A stretch of 64,000 nucleotides of DNA from contig JBBROA010000001.1 in NCBI GenBank assembly GCA_038229875.1, positions 1,955 to 65,954 of the forward strand. The letters run 5' to 3'. Origin of the DNA: Thermoanaerobaculia bacterium. GTDB lineage: Bacteria; Acidobacteriota; Thermoanaerobaculia; UBA5066; Gp7-AA6. This document shows positions 27,727 through 37,263 of this stretch, piece after piece. Within the stretch, counting starts at the first letter, position 1; every line of letters starts with the position of its first letter. The notes below the pieces were generated by a model that was given only the letters and a program-made list of their open reading frames with translations, was not told the origin of the DNA and searched no databases. The position numbers were made by a program, and so were the translations under genes.

Positions 27727-29676
27727 CTACCTCTCGAGGTACGTGTAGCGGGGGAACATCGCCTCGAACTCCTTGTAGATGCGCTGCACCTCATCCTTCT
27801 TCACCGGACGGTTCGTGACGCGCCGGAGCTGCTTGTTGATCGAGTCGAGGATCTCCGTCTTGTCGTAATTCATGTACTCGAGCACGCGCTCGCAGGACTC
27901 CCCGGGGAGGACGTCCTCCACCTTCCCGCGCCCCTCCTCGTCCACCGTGACTAAGACCTCGTGGGCTTCGCCGAACAGGTTGTGAAGGTCTCCGAGCACG
28001 TCCTGGTACGCGCCCATCAGGCAGAACGCGACGTAATAGGGCTCGTCCTTGTGGAAGGTGTGAAGCGGCAGCGTGTCCTTGATGTCGCGGAGGTCAATGA
28101 ACTTGTCGATCTTTCCGTCCGAGTCGCAGGTGATGTCGGCGAGCGTGCCGACCTCGACCGGCTTCTCGTTCAACCGGTGGATCGGAAGAATCGGGAAGAG
28201 CTGGTCGATGGCCCAGGAGTCGGGCAACGACTGGAAGACCGAGAAATTCATGACGTAGGTGTCCGCCAGCATCTTCTCCATGTCCTCGAACTCTTCCGGG
28301 ATTTCCTTCAGGGTCTTCAAATCCCGATGGATCCGCTCGCAGATCTGCCAGTAGAGGATCTCGCCCTTCGAGCGGTCCTCGAGCGAGAGATGCCCGAGGT
28401 TGAAAAGTGTGAAGAGCTCTTCCTTGTACTGCTGAGCGTCATGGTAGCTCTCGCGGAGGTTCTTCGCGTTCGTCGTTGCGAGAATGCCCGCCAGCTCCTG
28501 GATCACGGGAGCGTCGTTCCCGGTGACGCGGACCTTGCGGCCCTGCTCGATCCGGTCGGCGACGTCGAGCACGTTGGCGATCAGGACCGAGTGAAACGCG
28601 GTCACCGCGCGCCCCGATTCGGTCACGAGAGTGGGAACGGGGACATTTTCCTCTTCGCAGATCTGCTTGATCGTGTAGACGACGTCGTTCGCGTACTCCT
28701 GGGTGGAGTAATTCATGGAGGACTCGAATGCCGTCTTCGAGCCGTCGTAGTCCACTCCGAGGCCGCCGCCGAGATTCAAGTACTGAATAGGCACGCCCAT
28801 CGCGCGAAGTTTCGCGTAAACGCGGCCCGCCTCGCGGATCGCGTTCTTGATCTTGCGGATGTCCGTGATCTGGGAGCCGATGTGGAAGTGCAGCATCACC
28901 ATCGCATCGAGCATCCGCCGCGATTTCAGGATCTTGACCGCCTCGAGCATCTCCGGGGTGGTCAGGCCGAACTTCGCCGCCTCGCCTCCCGACTTCGCCC
29001 ATTTGCCCGAGCCTCGCGCGTAGAGCTTGGCGCGCATTCCGAGAAGCGGCCTCACGCCGCGGGTCTTCGCCACGCTCAGGATCCGATCGAGCTCGGACAC
29101 CTTCTCGAGAATCAGCACGACCTTCTTCTTCATCCGCACGGCGTTCAATGCCATTCCGATGAACGGATCGTCTTTGTACCCGTTGCAGGTGATGAGGCAC
29201 TCGGGGCCGAGGTCCGCAGCGATCGCGGCGAGGAGCTCGGGCTTCGATCCCGCCTCGAGGCCATAGTTGTAGGGCCGGCCGGCTTCGATGATCTGCTGAA
29301 CGACGACCCTTTTCTGGTTGACCTTGATCGGGAAGACGCCGCGGAAGACGTTCCGGTATTCGAACTCGTCGATCGCCCGCGCGAACGCGTCATTCAAGCT
29401 GCGCACCGATTCCGAGAGGATCTGCGGGAACCGGATCACCATCGGGGTCGTGATGCCGCGCAGCGCCACCTCGTCCACGATCTGTTTCAACGCGACGCCA
29501 CGGTGCGCCTCCCGCGTCGGCCGTACGAAAAGCTCACCTTCCTCGGAGACGTGAAAAAAGCCCTTTCCCCAGTTCGGGATGCCGTAGACCGCGGCCGCGT
29601 CTTCGAATCGCTGCTGGGGACGCGCCCGGGAGGACGTTTCCGAGAGGTTTCGGCGAATGGGTCGGGCGCTGGCCAT
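27727..29676 (-). CDS. speA: Biosynthetic arginine decarboxylase
   Basis: 649 aa with YGIPNWGKGFFHVSEEGELFVRP, FPIKVNQ (PLP lysine) and HFHIGSQITDI. Confidence 0.95.
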   Translation of the reverse strand: MASARPIRRNLSETSSRARPQQRFEDAAAVYGIPNWGKGFFHVSEEGELFVRPTREAHRGVALKQIVDEVALRGITTPMVIRFPQILSESVRSLNDAFARAIDEFEYRNVFRGVFPIKVNQKRVVVQQIIEAGRPYNYGLEAGSKPELLAAIAADLGPECLITCNGYKDDPFIGMALNAVRMKKKVVLILEKVSELDRILSVAKTRGVRPLLGMRAKLYARGSGKWAKSGGEAAKFGLTTPEMLEAVKILKSRRMLDAMVMLHFHIGSQITDIRKIKNAIREAGRVYAKLRAMGVPIQYLNLGGGLGVDYDGSKTAFESSMNYSTQEYANDVVYTIKQICEEENVPVPTLVTESGRAVTAFHSVLIANVLDVADRIEQGRKVRVTGNDAPVIQELAGILATTNAKNLRESYHDAQQYKEELFTLFNLGHLSLEDRSKGEILYWQICERIHRDLKTLKEIPEEFEDMEKMLADTYVMNFSVFQSLPDSWAIDQLFPILPIHRLNEKPVEVGTLADITCDSDGKIDKFIDLRDIKDTLPLHTFHKDEPYYVAFCLMGAYQDVLGDLHNLFGEAHEVLVTVDEEGRGKVEDVLPGESCERVLEYMNYDKTEILDSINKQLRRVTNRPVKKDEVQRIYKEFEAMFPRYTYLER

Positions 29677-29760
29677 GGGGGCATGCTAGCGCAATGGCCG
29701 GGGAGGCGAAGGCGAAGGGGGAAGGGCGAAAGCTCTCGTCTCTTTCATGCGATCACGTCC

Positions 29761-29786
29761 AAAAAAAAAGCCCGCGTCGCGCGGGC
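29761..29786 (-). terminator. Rho-independent terminator after csbD
   Basis: Perfect 7-bp stem GCCCGCG/CGCGGGC (29770-29776 and 29780-29786) with a 3-nt loop. On the minus strand it is followed by T9 (the A-run at 29761-29769). Confidence 0.85.
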
Positions 29787-29807
29787 TTTGGACCTCAAAG
29801 ATGCCGG

Positions 29808-30011
29808 TCAGCGCTTGACGTCTTCGCCGAGATCCTCGAGAGCCTCGCCGACCTTGCGCTTGACCCGGCCAAATCCCTCTTTGAGGGCGCCGCCCGCGCG
29901 CTGGTTCGCACCTTCGCTCTCGAGCTCCGCGTTGCCGGTCACCGTTCCGGCCGCTTCTTTGATCCTTCCTGCCAGATTGTCTTTTTTGCCGTCGATCTCG
30001 TCACGGTTCAT
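29808..30011 (-). CDS. CsbD-family general stress protein
   Basis: 67 aa: DEIDGKKDNLAGRIKEAAGTVTGNAELESEGANQRAGGALKEGFGRVKRKVGEA. Confidence 0.85.
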   Translation of the reverse strand: MNRDEIDGKKDNLAGRIKEAAGTVTGNAELESEGANQRAGGALKEGFGRVKRKVGEALEDLGEDVKR

Positions 30012-30937
30012 GGGTTGCTCCTTCCAGCTCCGGAGGGTGCAGGTTTTATGCCGGTCCCATTCTCACCCGCGGTCTCGGGGGGGCCACCGTCCTTCAGAAA
30101 AGACAGTCCTTCCGCGGTCTTGATGTGGAGGTCTCGCTGCGGATTCGGGATCGCGATCCGGCGTGCGGAAAGCTCTTCCCAGATGGCAAAATTCAGTGCG
30201 CTTACGAACGCCGGGCGCTTGTGCAGCATCTGAGACGTCCAGCAGAGCAGCTCGAAGTCGAGCGTGGATTCTCCAAATCCCAGGAAATAGACGGACGGAG
30301 CAGGATCCGGCAGGACGCCGTCGCATCGGGAGGCGGCGGCGATGAGCGCCTTCTCCACCTCGCGGGGATGGCTGTCGGAGGCGACGCCGATGGGAACACG
30401 GAACCGGATGCGGTTGCTCCGGAAGCTCCAGTTCGTGACCGTGTCGGTCATGAACTTCGAGTTCGGCACGATCAGGAACACGTCGTCATTCGTCCGGATG
30501 ACCGTTGAGCGCGTTCGGATCTCGACGACGTCTCCGTTCATCTTGTCGATCTCGATCCGGTCTCCCACCATGATCGGGCGTTCCAGCAGCACGATGATCC
30601 CGGCAAAGAAGTTCTTCACGATGTCCTGGAGTCCGAAGCCGAGGCCGACGCCGAGAGCCGCCCCGAACGCCGCCAGGCTGCTCGCGTTGATGCCGAGCGC
30701 ATTCACGGCCAGCATGACGCCCGCGAACCAGATGAGATAAGCGAGGACGCGGCCGACGGAGTAGCGGGCCCCGACCTCCAGATTCGTGCGGGCGAGAAGA
30801 CGCTCGGCGATCAGCTTGCGCGCGATCCGCGCCGCGACCCACGTTGCCGCCAGGATCGCCAGGAAGACCATGATGCTCGAGACGGTGACGCTGTTTTCGC
30901 CGATCTTGAAGAGCCGGAAGCTCAGGAAATCGCCCAT
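30008..30937 (-). CDS. Mechanosensitive ion channel (MscS family)
   Basis: 309 aa with TM helices, then FFAGIIVLLERPIMVGDRIEIDKMNGDVVEIRTRSTVIRTNDD. 4-nt overlap with the csbD start. Confidence 0.9.
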   Translation of the reverse strand: MGDFLSFRLFKIGENSVTVSSIMVFLAILAATWVAARIARKLIAERLLARTNLEVGARYSVGRVLAYLIWFAGVMLAVNALGINASSLAAFGAALGVGLGFGLQDIVKNFFAGIIVLLERPIMVGDRIEIDKMNGDVVEIRTRSTVIRTNDDVFLIVPNSKFMTDTVTNWSFRSNRIRFRVPIGVASDSHPREVEKALIAAASRCDGVLPDPAPSVYFLGFGESTLDFELLCWTSQMLHKRPAFVSALNFAIWEELSARRIAIPNPQRDLHIKTAEGLSFLKDGGPPETAGENGTGIKPAPSGAGRSNP

Positions 30938-31009
30938 GACGCTACCGCGCTGCAGGTTCGGTGCCCGGGGAATTGAAGAGGTCAGGAGTCAGGGCGTTCG
31001 GGGTCAGGC

Positions 31010-31030
31010 GGGAATCGGGAATCGGGAATC
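31010..31030. repeat. Heptamer tandem repeat (GGGAATC)x3
   Basis: Three perfect adjacent copies in the spacer between the M20 and mscS genes. Confidence 0.9.
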
Positions 31031-31078
31031 GCACCCGAAAATCAAACGACGGCGCGAGGAGTGCAAGGCTCCGGTCCG

Positions 31079-31106
31079 CCTCACCCCTCACCCTTCACCC
31101 CTCACG
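31079..31106. repeat. Heptamer tandem repeat (CCTCACC)x2 plus two imperfect copies
   Basis: cctcacc cctcacc cttcacc cctcacg, ending 5 nt before the stop codon (31112-31114) of the minus-strand M20 gene. Confidence 0.85.
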
Positions 31107-31111
31107 TCTTT

Positions 31112-32416
31112 CTAGGGCTTCCCGAGCAACTCCAGCGCGGCCACGGCCAGCGACGACGCCCCCATCCGGATCGTCGCGACACGGTCGGGCGCGAACTGGG
31201 ACGAGTGCAGCGACGGGAGCGGTGTGCCGTTCTTCTGGGACTCGGCGTAGCGGCCCGGCTCGACCGCACCGATCTCGAACTGCAACGCCGGGACGCCGGC
31301 GCGGCCGTACTCCGAGAAATCCTCGCCCCCCATGACCGGAGTGCCCTGCGAGACGTTCCCTTCGCCGAACGCGCGTCCGAGAGCCGCGGCGATTCGCGAC
31401 GTCAGCGCCGGGTCGTTGTACGTCGCGGGCGTGGTCTCGGTCACGGCGACGGAGGGCTCCTTCGGCGCGCCTGCGGCCGCCGCTTCCGCCTTCGCGATCC
31501 GGTCGATCCCTTTCAACAGCCGCTGCCGGACCTCTTCTTTGAAGGACCGGACGGTGATCTGCAATTTCACCTCGTCGGGAATGATGTTGTGCTTGAGCCC
31601 CCCGTGGATGGAGCCGACGGTGACGACGGCGGGATCAAACGGACTGTTCTCGCGCGCGACGAGCGTCTGGAGCGCGACGACCGTCCGGGCGGCGATCACG
31701 ACGGGATCGACCGTCGTGTGCGGGTACGCGCCGTGGCCGCCGCGGCCGAAGATCGTCACGTCCACCGAATCGACATTCGCCATCGCGAATCCCGGTGTGT
31801 AGACGATCTTTCCGGAAGGGACCGTCGCCTTGTCGTGAAGGGAAATCGCGAAGTCCGGCTTCGGGAACCGGGTGAAGAGGCCGTCCTTCAGCATGTGGAG
31901 GGCGCCCGAGCCCTTCTCTTCGCCCGGCTGTCCGATCAGGAACAGCGTCCCGCGCCACCGGTCCTTCGCCTTGACCAGGAGCGTCGCGGCGCCAATCAAC
32001 GAGGTCATGTGGATGTCGTGCCCGCAAGCGTGCATCACGGGAACCGTGTTTCCGGCGTCGTCTTTCGCCGTCGTCTTGCTCGCGTAGGGAAGGCCGGTCC
32101 GCTCCTCGACCGGCAGCCCGTCCATGTCTTCCCGGATGAACACCGTCGGTCCGGGGCCGTTCTTCAGGATCGCGACGACGCCCGTGCCGCCGACGCCGGT
32201 CGTCACGTCGTAGCCGAGCTTGCGAAGCCGGTCGGCGATTTTCGCCGCTGTCTTCTCCTCGTGCATGGAGAGCTCGGGGTTCCGATGGAGGTCCATGTAC
32301 AGGGTTTCGAGATCGGGCGTGAGCGCGTCGAGCGGCGCGAGCGCCGGATTGTCGGCGGGGGAGGCGGCGAGCGCGGCGGAGACGAGCATCGCCGAGGCGA
32401 AGAAGCGGACGCGCAT
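31112..32416 (-). CDS. M20-family amidohydrolase (M20D aminoacylase/carboxypeptidase-like), exported
   Basis: Signal peptide MRVRFFASAMLVSAALAASPA, plus MHACGHDIHMT and GQPGEEKGSGA. AGGAGA precedes the ATG. Confidence 0.9.
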   Translation of the reverse strand: MRVRFFASAMLVSAALAASPADNPALAPLDALTPDLETLYMDLHRNPELSMHEEKTAAKIADRLRKLGYDVTTGVGGTGVVAILKNGPGPTVFIREDMDGLPVEERTGLPYASKTTAKDDAGNTVPVMHACGHDIHMTSLIGAATLLVKAKDRWRGTLFLIGQPGEEKGSGALHMLKDGLFTRFPKPDFAISLHDKATVPSGKIVYTPGFAMANVDSVDVTIFGRGGHGAYPHTTVDPVVIAARTVVALQTLVARENSPFDPAVVTVGSIHGGLKHNIIPDEVKLQITVRSFKEEVRQRLLKGIDRIAKAEAAAAGAPKEPSVAVTETTPATYNDPALTSRIAAALGRAFGEGNVSQGTPVMGGEDFSEYGRAGVPALQFEIGAVEPGRYAESQKNGTPLPSLHSSQFAPDRVATIRMGASSLAVAALELLGKP

Positions 32417-32473
32417 GGTTTCTCCTGATGAAAAGGAAGAGAGTGACCGCTACGAGACCAGAGGCGCGCGCCG

Positions 32474-32518
32474 GTGTCAAGAAAGCGCGTGTCAAAAACC
32501 CCCGTGTCAAAAACCCCT
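32474..32518. promoter_or_regulatory. Three tandem 15-bp iterons GTGTCAA(A/G)AA(C/A)(C/G)C(C/G)N in the divergent M20/ampG promoter region
   Basis: gtgtcaagaaagcgc / gtgtcaaaaaccccc / gtgtcaaaaacccct, then a truncated gtgcg. The array ends 18 nt before the ampG ATG. The reverse complement of each unit contains TTGACAC. Confidence 0.6.
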
Positions 32519-32536
32519 GTGCGATGCTAGCGCTCG

Positions 32537-34168
32537 ATGTCGAGCGGCTCCGAGGACAAGCCCCGCCGCGTCGGAACCCTGCAGAGCCTCCGGGCGGCGA
32601 TCACTTCGAGGCGCCTCGGCGCCGTCGCGATCCAGTCGTTTTCGTCCGGACTGCCGCTCGGTCTCATCTGGATCGCGCTGCCCGCCTGGCTGACCTACCG
32701 CGGCGTCGACATCAAGACCGTCGGCCTCTTCTCGCTTTCGCAGGCGCCGTGGACGTTCAAGTTTCTCTGGGCGCCGCTGATGGACCGCTACAGCCCTCGC
32801 TTTCTGGGGCGCAAGCGGTCGTGGATGATCGTGTCGCAGCTCTTCCTGCTCGCCGGAATCGCGTTCCTCGCGACGCAGTCGGCCGCGCCGCGCGTCGGGT
32901 GGGTCGCCGCGATCGCGATCTTCATCGCGTTCTGGTCCGCGTCGCAGGACATCGCGATCGACGGGTATGCCGTCGAGGTCCTCGAGCCGTCGGAAATGGG
33001 GACGGCGGTCGGGGCGCGCGTGGCGCTTTACCGCGCCGCGGTCCTTCTGGCGGGGGCGGTCGCGATCACGGCGGGACAGCGGCTCGGGTGGACGTTCGTC
33101 TTTCTGGCGCTCGCGCTCCTCTACGTTCCCCTGGCGGGCGCGGTGGTCTGGTCGCCCGAGCCGCCGGCGGTGTCGTCGGCTCCCCGCACGCTGCGCGACG
33201 CCGTCTTTGAGCCGCTGATCGGGATCTTCCGCAAGTCCCGGGCGCTCGAGATCATCGCGTTCCTCCTGCTGTACAAGTTCGGCGAAAACCTGGCGACGGC
33301 TCTGACGCGTCCGTTTCTCATTCAGAAGTGCTTCGCCCCGGAGGACGTGGGTCTCGCCACCGCGACGATCGGCCTTATCGCGATCATCGGCGGCACGTTC
33401 TTCGGCGCGTGGACGACCGACCGGATCGGCCTCGGCCGGGCGCTCTGGGTCTTCGGGCTGATCCAGGCGGTCGGATTTCTCGGTTATGTCCTCGTCGACC
33501 AGATGACCCCCGGGATCCCGTGCGCCGCGGGGGCGGCGGGAGCGATCACGCAGCCTCTCGCGAGCCGCCTCGTCATGTACGCGAGCGTCGGCGTCGAAAA
33601 CCTCTGCCAGGGAATGGCGAACGGCGCGTTCGGCGTGCTGCTGCTGCGCCTCACCTCGAAGCAGTTTTCCGCGACCCAGTACGCCCTGTTCTCGAGCGTG
33701 TTCGCGCTCGGCCGCACGCTCGCGGGGCCGCCCGCCGGGTTTCTCGTGGATGCGATCGGCTGGACGCCGTTCTTCCTGATCAGCGTCGCCGCGTCCGTCC
33801 CGGGTCTCGTCCTGCTCTCCCGGTTTGCGCCGATCGGCGAGCGGGAGCCCGATCTGGACGTGGAGGACTTGACCCCCGCGGCTCCCGTCACCCGGGGGCG
33901 TCTGACGGCCGTCAGCGTGGCTGCCGGCGTCGCCGGATGGCTGGGCGCGATCTCGTTGTCCGCGCTGCTTGCGGCCCTGAAACAGATGCAGGCGCATCCG
34001 GGCTCGAGCTTTCCGTTCGCGGAGGAGCTCGCAAAACTCCTTTCGCCTCAAGCGACCTCAGATTGGCTTCGCCTCATCGGCCCGCTGGCCGTCGGGCTCG
34101 TCGTAGCGCTCGGCGCCGCGGCACTCGTCGCGGCGCGGAGGGGCCTCGCCGACCACGCGGGACGCTGA
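32537..34168 (+). CDS. ampG: AmpG-family muropeptide MFS permease
   Basis: 543 aa: AIQSFSSGLPLGLIWIALPAWLTYRGVDIKTVGLFSLSQAPWTFKFLWAPLMDRY. Confidence 0.9.
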   Translation: MSSGSEDKPRRVGTLQSLRAAITSRRLGAVAIQSFSSGLPLGLIWIALPAWLTYRGVDIKTVGLFSLSQAPWTFKFLWAPLMDRYSPRFLGRKRSWMIVSQLFLLAGIAFLATQSAAPRVGWVAAIAIFIAFWSASQDIAIDGYAVEVLEPSEMGTAVGARVALYRAAVLLAGAVAITAGQRLGWTFVFLALALLYVPLAGAVVWSPEPPAVSSAPRTLRDAVFEPLIGIFRKSRALEIIAFLLLYKFGENLATALTRPFLIQKCFAPEDVGLATATIGLIAIIGGTFFGAWTTDRIGLGRALWVFGLIQAVGFLGYVLVDQMTPGIPCAAGAAGAITQPLASRLVMYASVGVENLCQGMANGAFGVLLLRLTSKQFSATQYALFSSVFALGRTLAGPPAGFLVDAIGWTPFFLISVAASVPGLVLLSRFAPIGEREPDLDVEDLTPAAPVTRGRLTAVSVAAGVAGWLGAISLSALLAALKQMQAHPGSSFPFAEELAKLLSPQATSDWLRLIGPLAVGLVVALGAAALVAARRGLADHAGR

Positions 34169-34202
34169 CCGCGCCGCCGAACGCGCGGGTTACAGTCTCC
34201 GC

Positions 34203-34613
34203 ATGCTGCAGGGCGTCCGTGGAGCCACGACCGTCGAGAAAAACGACGCCGCGCAGATCGCCGACCGCACGCGCGAGCTTCTGCGGCTGCTCGTCGAAGC
34301 GAACGGAATCAAGAGCGAGGACCTCGCGAGTGCGATCTTCACCGTCACGTCGGATCTGGACGCGGCGTTTCCCACCGTGGCGGCGAGGGCGATCGGCGGC
34401 TGGGACCAGATCGCATTGATCTGCTCGCGCGAGATTCCGGTGCCGGGGTCGCTCGGCCGCTGCATCCGGGTTCTCCTTCACTGGAACACGGAGCTCGGTC
34501 AGGGCGAGGTCCGGCACGTGTTCCTGCGGGGAGCGCGCGGCCTGCGGCCCGAGTGGTCGGTGCGGGTGCCCGGCGACGAGGAGAGCGCGCCCCAGCCGCT
34601 CGGGGCGACGTGA
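34203..34613 (+). CDS. aroH: Chorismate mutase, AroH class
   Basis: VRGATTVEKND..., FTVTSDLDAAFPTVAAR, CIRVLLHWNT and VRHVFLRGARGLRPEW match the B. subtilis AroH layout. Confidence 0.9.
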   Translation: MLQGVRGATTVEKNDAAQIADRTRELLRLLVEANGIKSEDLASAIFTVTSDLDAAFPTVAARAIGGWDQIALICSREIPVPGSLGRCIRVLLHWNTELGQGEVRHVFLRGARGLRPEWSVRVPGDEESAPQPLGAT

Positions 34614-35452
34614 CGGAAGCCGCGGTGGTCGGGCTCGGGCTGATTGGCGGGTCGATCGCGCTCGAGCTCGGCGCGCCGGGATGGGACGAAGACCGCGCCG
34701 CCCGCGAGGCCGCGCGGAGGCGCGGAATCAACTCGGGCGCCTCTCTCGAGGAAACCGTCGCCGGCGCCCGGCTCGTCTTCGCCGCGGTGTCGACGGCGGC
34801 CGTTCCGGAGGTCCTGACCCGACTCGCCGGTCTCGTCCCCGGGGCAGTGCTGACCGATGCCGCCTCACTGAAGGTGCCAGTGCTCGCCGCGGCCGCCGCG
34901 CTTCCCGCCGGCATCCGGTTCGTCGGCGGCCACCCGATGGCCGGATCCGCCACGTCCGGAATCGCGGGCGCGCGCAAGGACCTCTTCGCCGGCCGTCCCT
35001 GGCTCCTTGTGCCCGGCGCCCGGAGCGACCCCGAGTCCGTCGCTCTCGTGCGCAATCAGATTCTCCGCCTGCGCGCCATCCCGATCTCGATCGAAGCGGA
35101 AGAGCACGACGCCGCCATGACCTGGATCAGCCACCTCCCGATGGCCATCTCCGGCGCGCTCGCGCGAGCCGTGGCGCGAGAGCTCGGCGAACGAGCCGGC
35201 CCGCTGGCAGGCCCGGGCCTGACCGAGACCACCCGCCTGGCCGGCTCCCGCCCCGAGCTCGCTCTGGAGCTCTGGCTCTCCGACCCACCGAGACTCGCCG
35301 CAGCTCTCCGCTCCATTTCCCGGGACCTCGCCAACTTCGCGGCTCAACTCGAAAACGAAGACCGAGCCGCCATCGAAGCGTTCCTCCACGAAGCCGCCCG
35401 GGCGCGGAAGACGATCCACCCCGACAGTGAGATCCTGCCCTCGAATGACTGA
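34610..35452 (+). CDS. tyrA: Prephenate/arogenate dehydrogenase
   Basis: GTG 34610 overlaps the aroH stop (GTGA). Rossmann motif VVGLGLIGGSIALELG, plus GGHPMAGS. Confidence 0.85.
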   Translation: MTEAAVVGLGLIGGSIALELGAPGWDEDRAAREAARRRGINSGASLEETVAGARLVFAAVSTAAVPEVLTRLAGLVPGAVLTDAASLKVPVLAAAAALPAGIRFVGGHPMAGSATSGIAGARKDLFAGRPWLLVPGARSDPESVALVRNQILRLRAIPISIEAEEHDAAMTWISHLPMAISGALARAVARELGERAGPLAGPGLTETTRLAGSRPELALELWLSDPPRLAAALRSISRDLANFAAQLENEDRAAIEAFLHEAARARKTIHPDSEILPSND

Positions 35453-35518
35453 CGCGAAGGCGGCTTCCGCGGGTCGGTTTTTTCTCCTCCAGACCGACGA
35501 CAACGCGACCGTCCCGCA

Positions 35519-36460
35519 ATGACCGGAGGCCACGTTTTAGGGATCGATGCCGGCGGCACCAAGACCCGCGCGCTCCTCGCCGACTCGACCGGGCGCGTGC
35601 TCGCCTCCGCGACGGGAGGAGGAGCGAACCTGCGCACGCACGGCGAGCTCGAGGTGGAGAAGGTCCTGCACGCGCTGGCGGAGGAAGCGGAAGCGAAGGC
35701 CGGCGTCCGGGCGGATGCCCTCGCGGTGGGAATCGCGGGTGCGGACCGGCCCGACGACCATGCGATCCTGAGGACAATCCTCCGGCGGATCGGCTTCCGG
35801 GACCGCGTGGTGGTCACGAACGACGCGCGCATCGCGTTCGTCGCGGGCTCACCCCTTCGAGTAGGGGTGGCGCTCGTCTGCGGAACGGGCTCGATCGCCT
35901 GGGGGCGCAACGGCCGCGGGGAGATCGGGCGCGCCGGCGGCTGGGGGTGGCATCTGGGCGACGAGGGATCGGGCTTCTGGATCGGGGAGCGCGCGCTTCG
36001 CGCGGTGATGCGCGCGGGCGACGGCCGCGGCCCTCGCACGACCCTGGAAGGCGCCGTGCTCGCGCACTTCCGGCTCGGGCGGCTCGAAGAGATCGTACGG
36101 CGCGTCTACGACGGCGAGTATCCGCGCCACGAAGTCTCCCTCTTCGCCGTGCCGGTGGCGCAGGCCGCGCTCGCGGGCGACGCCGTCGCTTCCGAAATCC
36201 TTCGCGACGCCGCCGCGGAGCTCGCGCTCGCCGCCTCGAGCGTCGTGACTCTGTTGGGGCTTGCGGGCTCGGCCTACGACGTCGTCCTTTCGGGTGGAAC
36301 GTTTCAGGCGCTTCCCGCCCTGCGGGAGGGGGTCGCCCGCGCCGTCGCGGCCCCCGGCGCCTCGGTGTTTCCATTGATGGAAGAGCCGGCCGTCGGCGCC
36401 GTGCGTCTCGCCATCGAGGCGCTCGGCGAGTCGGACGGCGCGATCGAACCGGCACCTTAG
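35519..36460 (+). CDS. BadF/BadG/BcrA/BcrD-type sugar kinase (GlcNAc / MurNAc kinase-like)
   Basis: LGIDAGGTKTRALLADSTGRVLASATGGGANL and WGWHLGDEGSGFWIG. Confidence 0.85.
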   Translation: MTGGHVLGIDAGGTKTRALLADSTGRVLASATGGGANLRTHGELEVEKVLHALAEEAEAKAGVRADALAVGIAGADRPDDHAILRTILRRIGFRDRVVVTNDARIAFVAGSPLRVGVALVCGTGSIAWGRNGRGEIGRAGGWGWHLGDEGSGFWIGERALRAVMRAGDGRGPRTTLEGAVLAHFRLGRLEEIVRRVYDGEYPRHEVSLFAVPVAQAALAGDAVASEILRDAAAELALAASSVVTLLGLAGSAYDVVLSGGTFQALPALREGVARAVAAPGASVFPLMEEPAVGAVRLAIEALGESDGAIEPAP

Positions 36461-36490
36461 ACGAATGACGAACAAACGCGAGCGCTTCTC

Positions 36491-37246
36491 ATGAAACGAC
36501 TGATCGTCAACGCGGACGACTACGGCCGCACGGCGGGAATCAACGAGGGCACGATCGACGCGCACCTGCGGGGGATCGTCACCTCGACGACCGTGATGAT
36601 CCTGGAAAGCGCGGCGGCCGAAGGGATCGAGCTCGCCCTCCGGACCGCCCCGCGACTCTCGCTCGGAATCCACTGCGTCCTGACAGGCGCAGGCCCTCCG
36701 GGTTCTCCCGCGTTACGGCTGAAGACGCTCGCGCCGGCCGGGGTCTTCGCGAGAAATGCCGAGGCGCTTCCGGGAACGATCGACCCGGAGGAAGTCCGCG
36801 CGGAAATTTCCGCACAGATCGAGCGCTTCGAATCGCTCGCCGGCCGCCCGCCTTCGCATCTCGACTCCCACCACCACTCCGCGCTGCATCCGTCGATTCA
36901 GCCGATCTTCGCCGCCATCGCGGCGGAGCGCGGGCTTCCGGTCCGCGCGTCGAGTCCGGCCGCCGCCGCCGCCCTCCGCAGTCGCGGGCTCCGCGTGCCG
37001 GACCGATTCTTCGATGGGTTCTACGCGGAAGGGGCAACGGTCGAGAACCTGTGCCGGCTGATCTCCGATCTTCCAGAAGGAACCTCCGAGCTCATGTGCC
37101 ATCCGGGCTATCCGGACGCCGAGCTCCTCGCCGGCAGCACCTACGCCCGCGAGCGCGCGCGGGAAGTGGACGCTCTCTGCGATCCCTCCGTGCGCGCGAG
37201 GTTGGCCGATCGGGGCGTGGATCTCGTCGCGTTCGACGCGCTGTGA
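36491..37246 (+). CDS. YdjC/ChbG/HpnK-family carbohydrate deacetylase
   Basis: MKRLIVNADDYGRTAGINEGTIDAHLRGIVTSTTVM and HLDSHHH. Confidence 0.88.
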   Translation: MKRLIVNADDYGRTAGINEGTIDAHLRGIVTSTTVMILESAAAEGIELALRTAPRLSLGIHCVLTGAGPPGSPALRLKTLAPAGVFARNAEALPGTIDPEEVRAEISAQIERFESLAGRPPSHLDSHHHSALHPSIQPIFAAIAAERGLPVRASSPAAAAALRSRGLRVPDRFFDGFYAEGATVENLCRLISDLPEGTSELMCHPGYPDAELLAGSTYARERAREVDALCDPSVRARLADRGVDLVAFDAL

Positions 37247-37263
37247 GGGGAAGGGTCCCGCCT

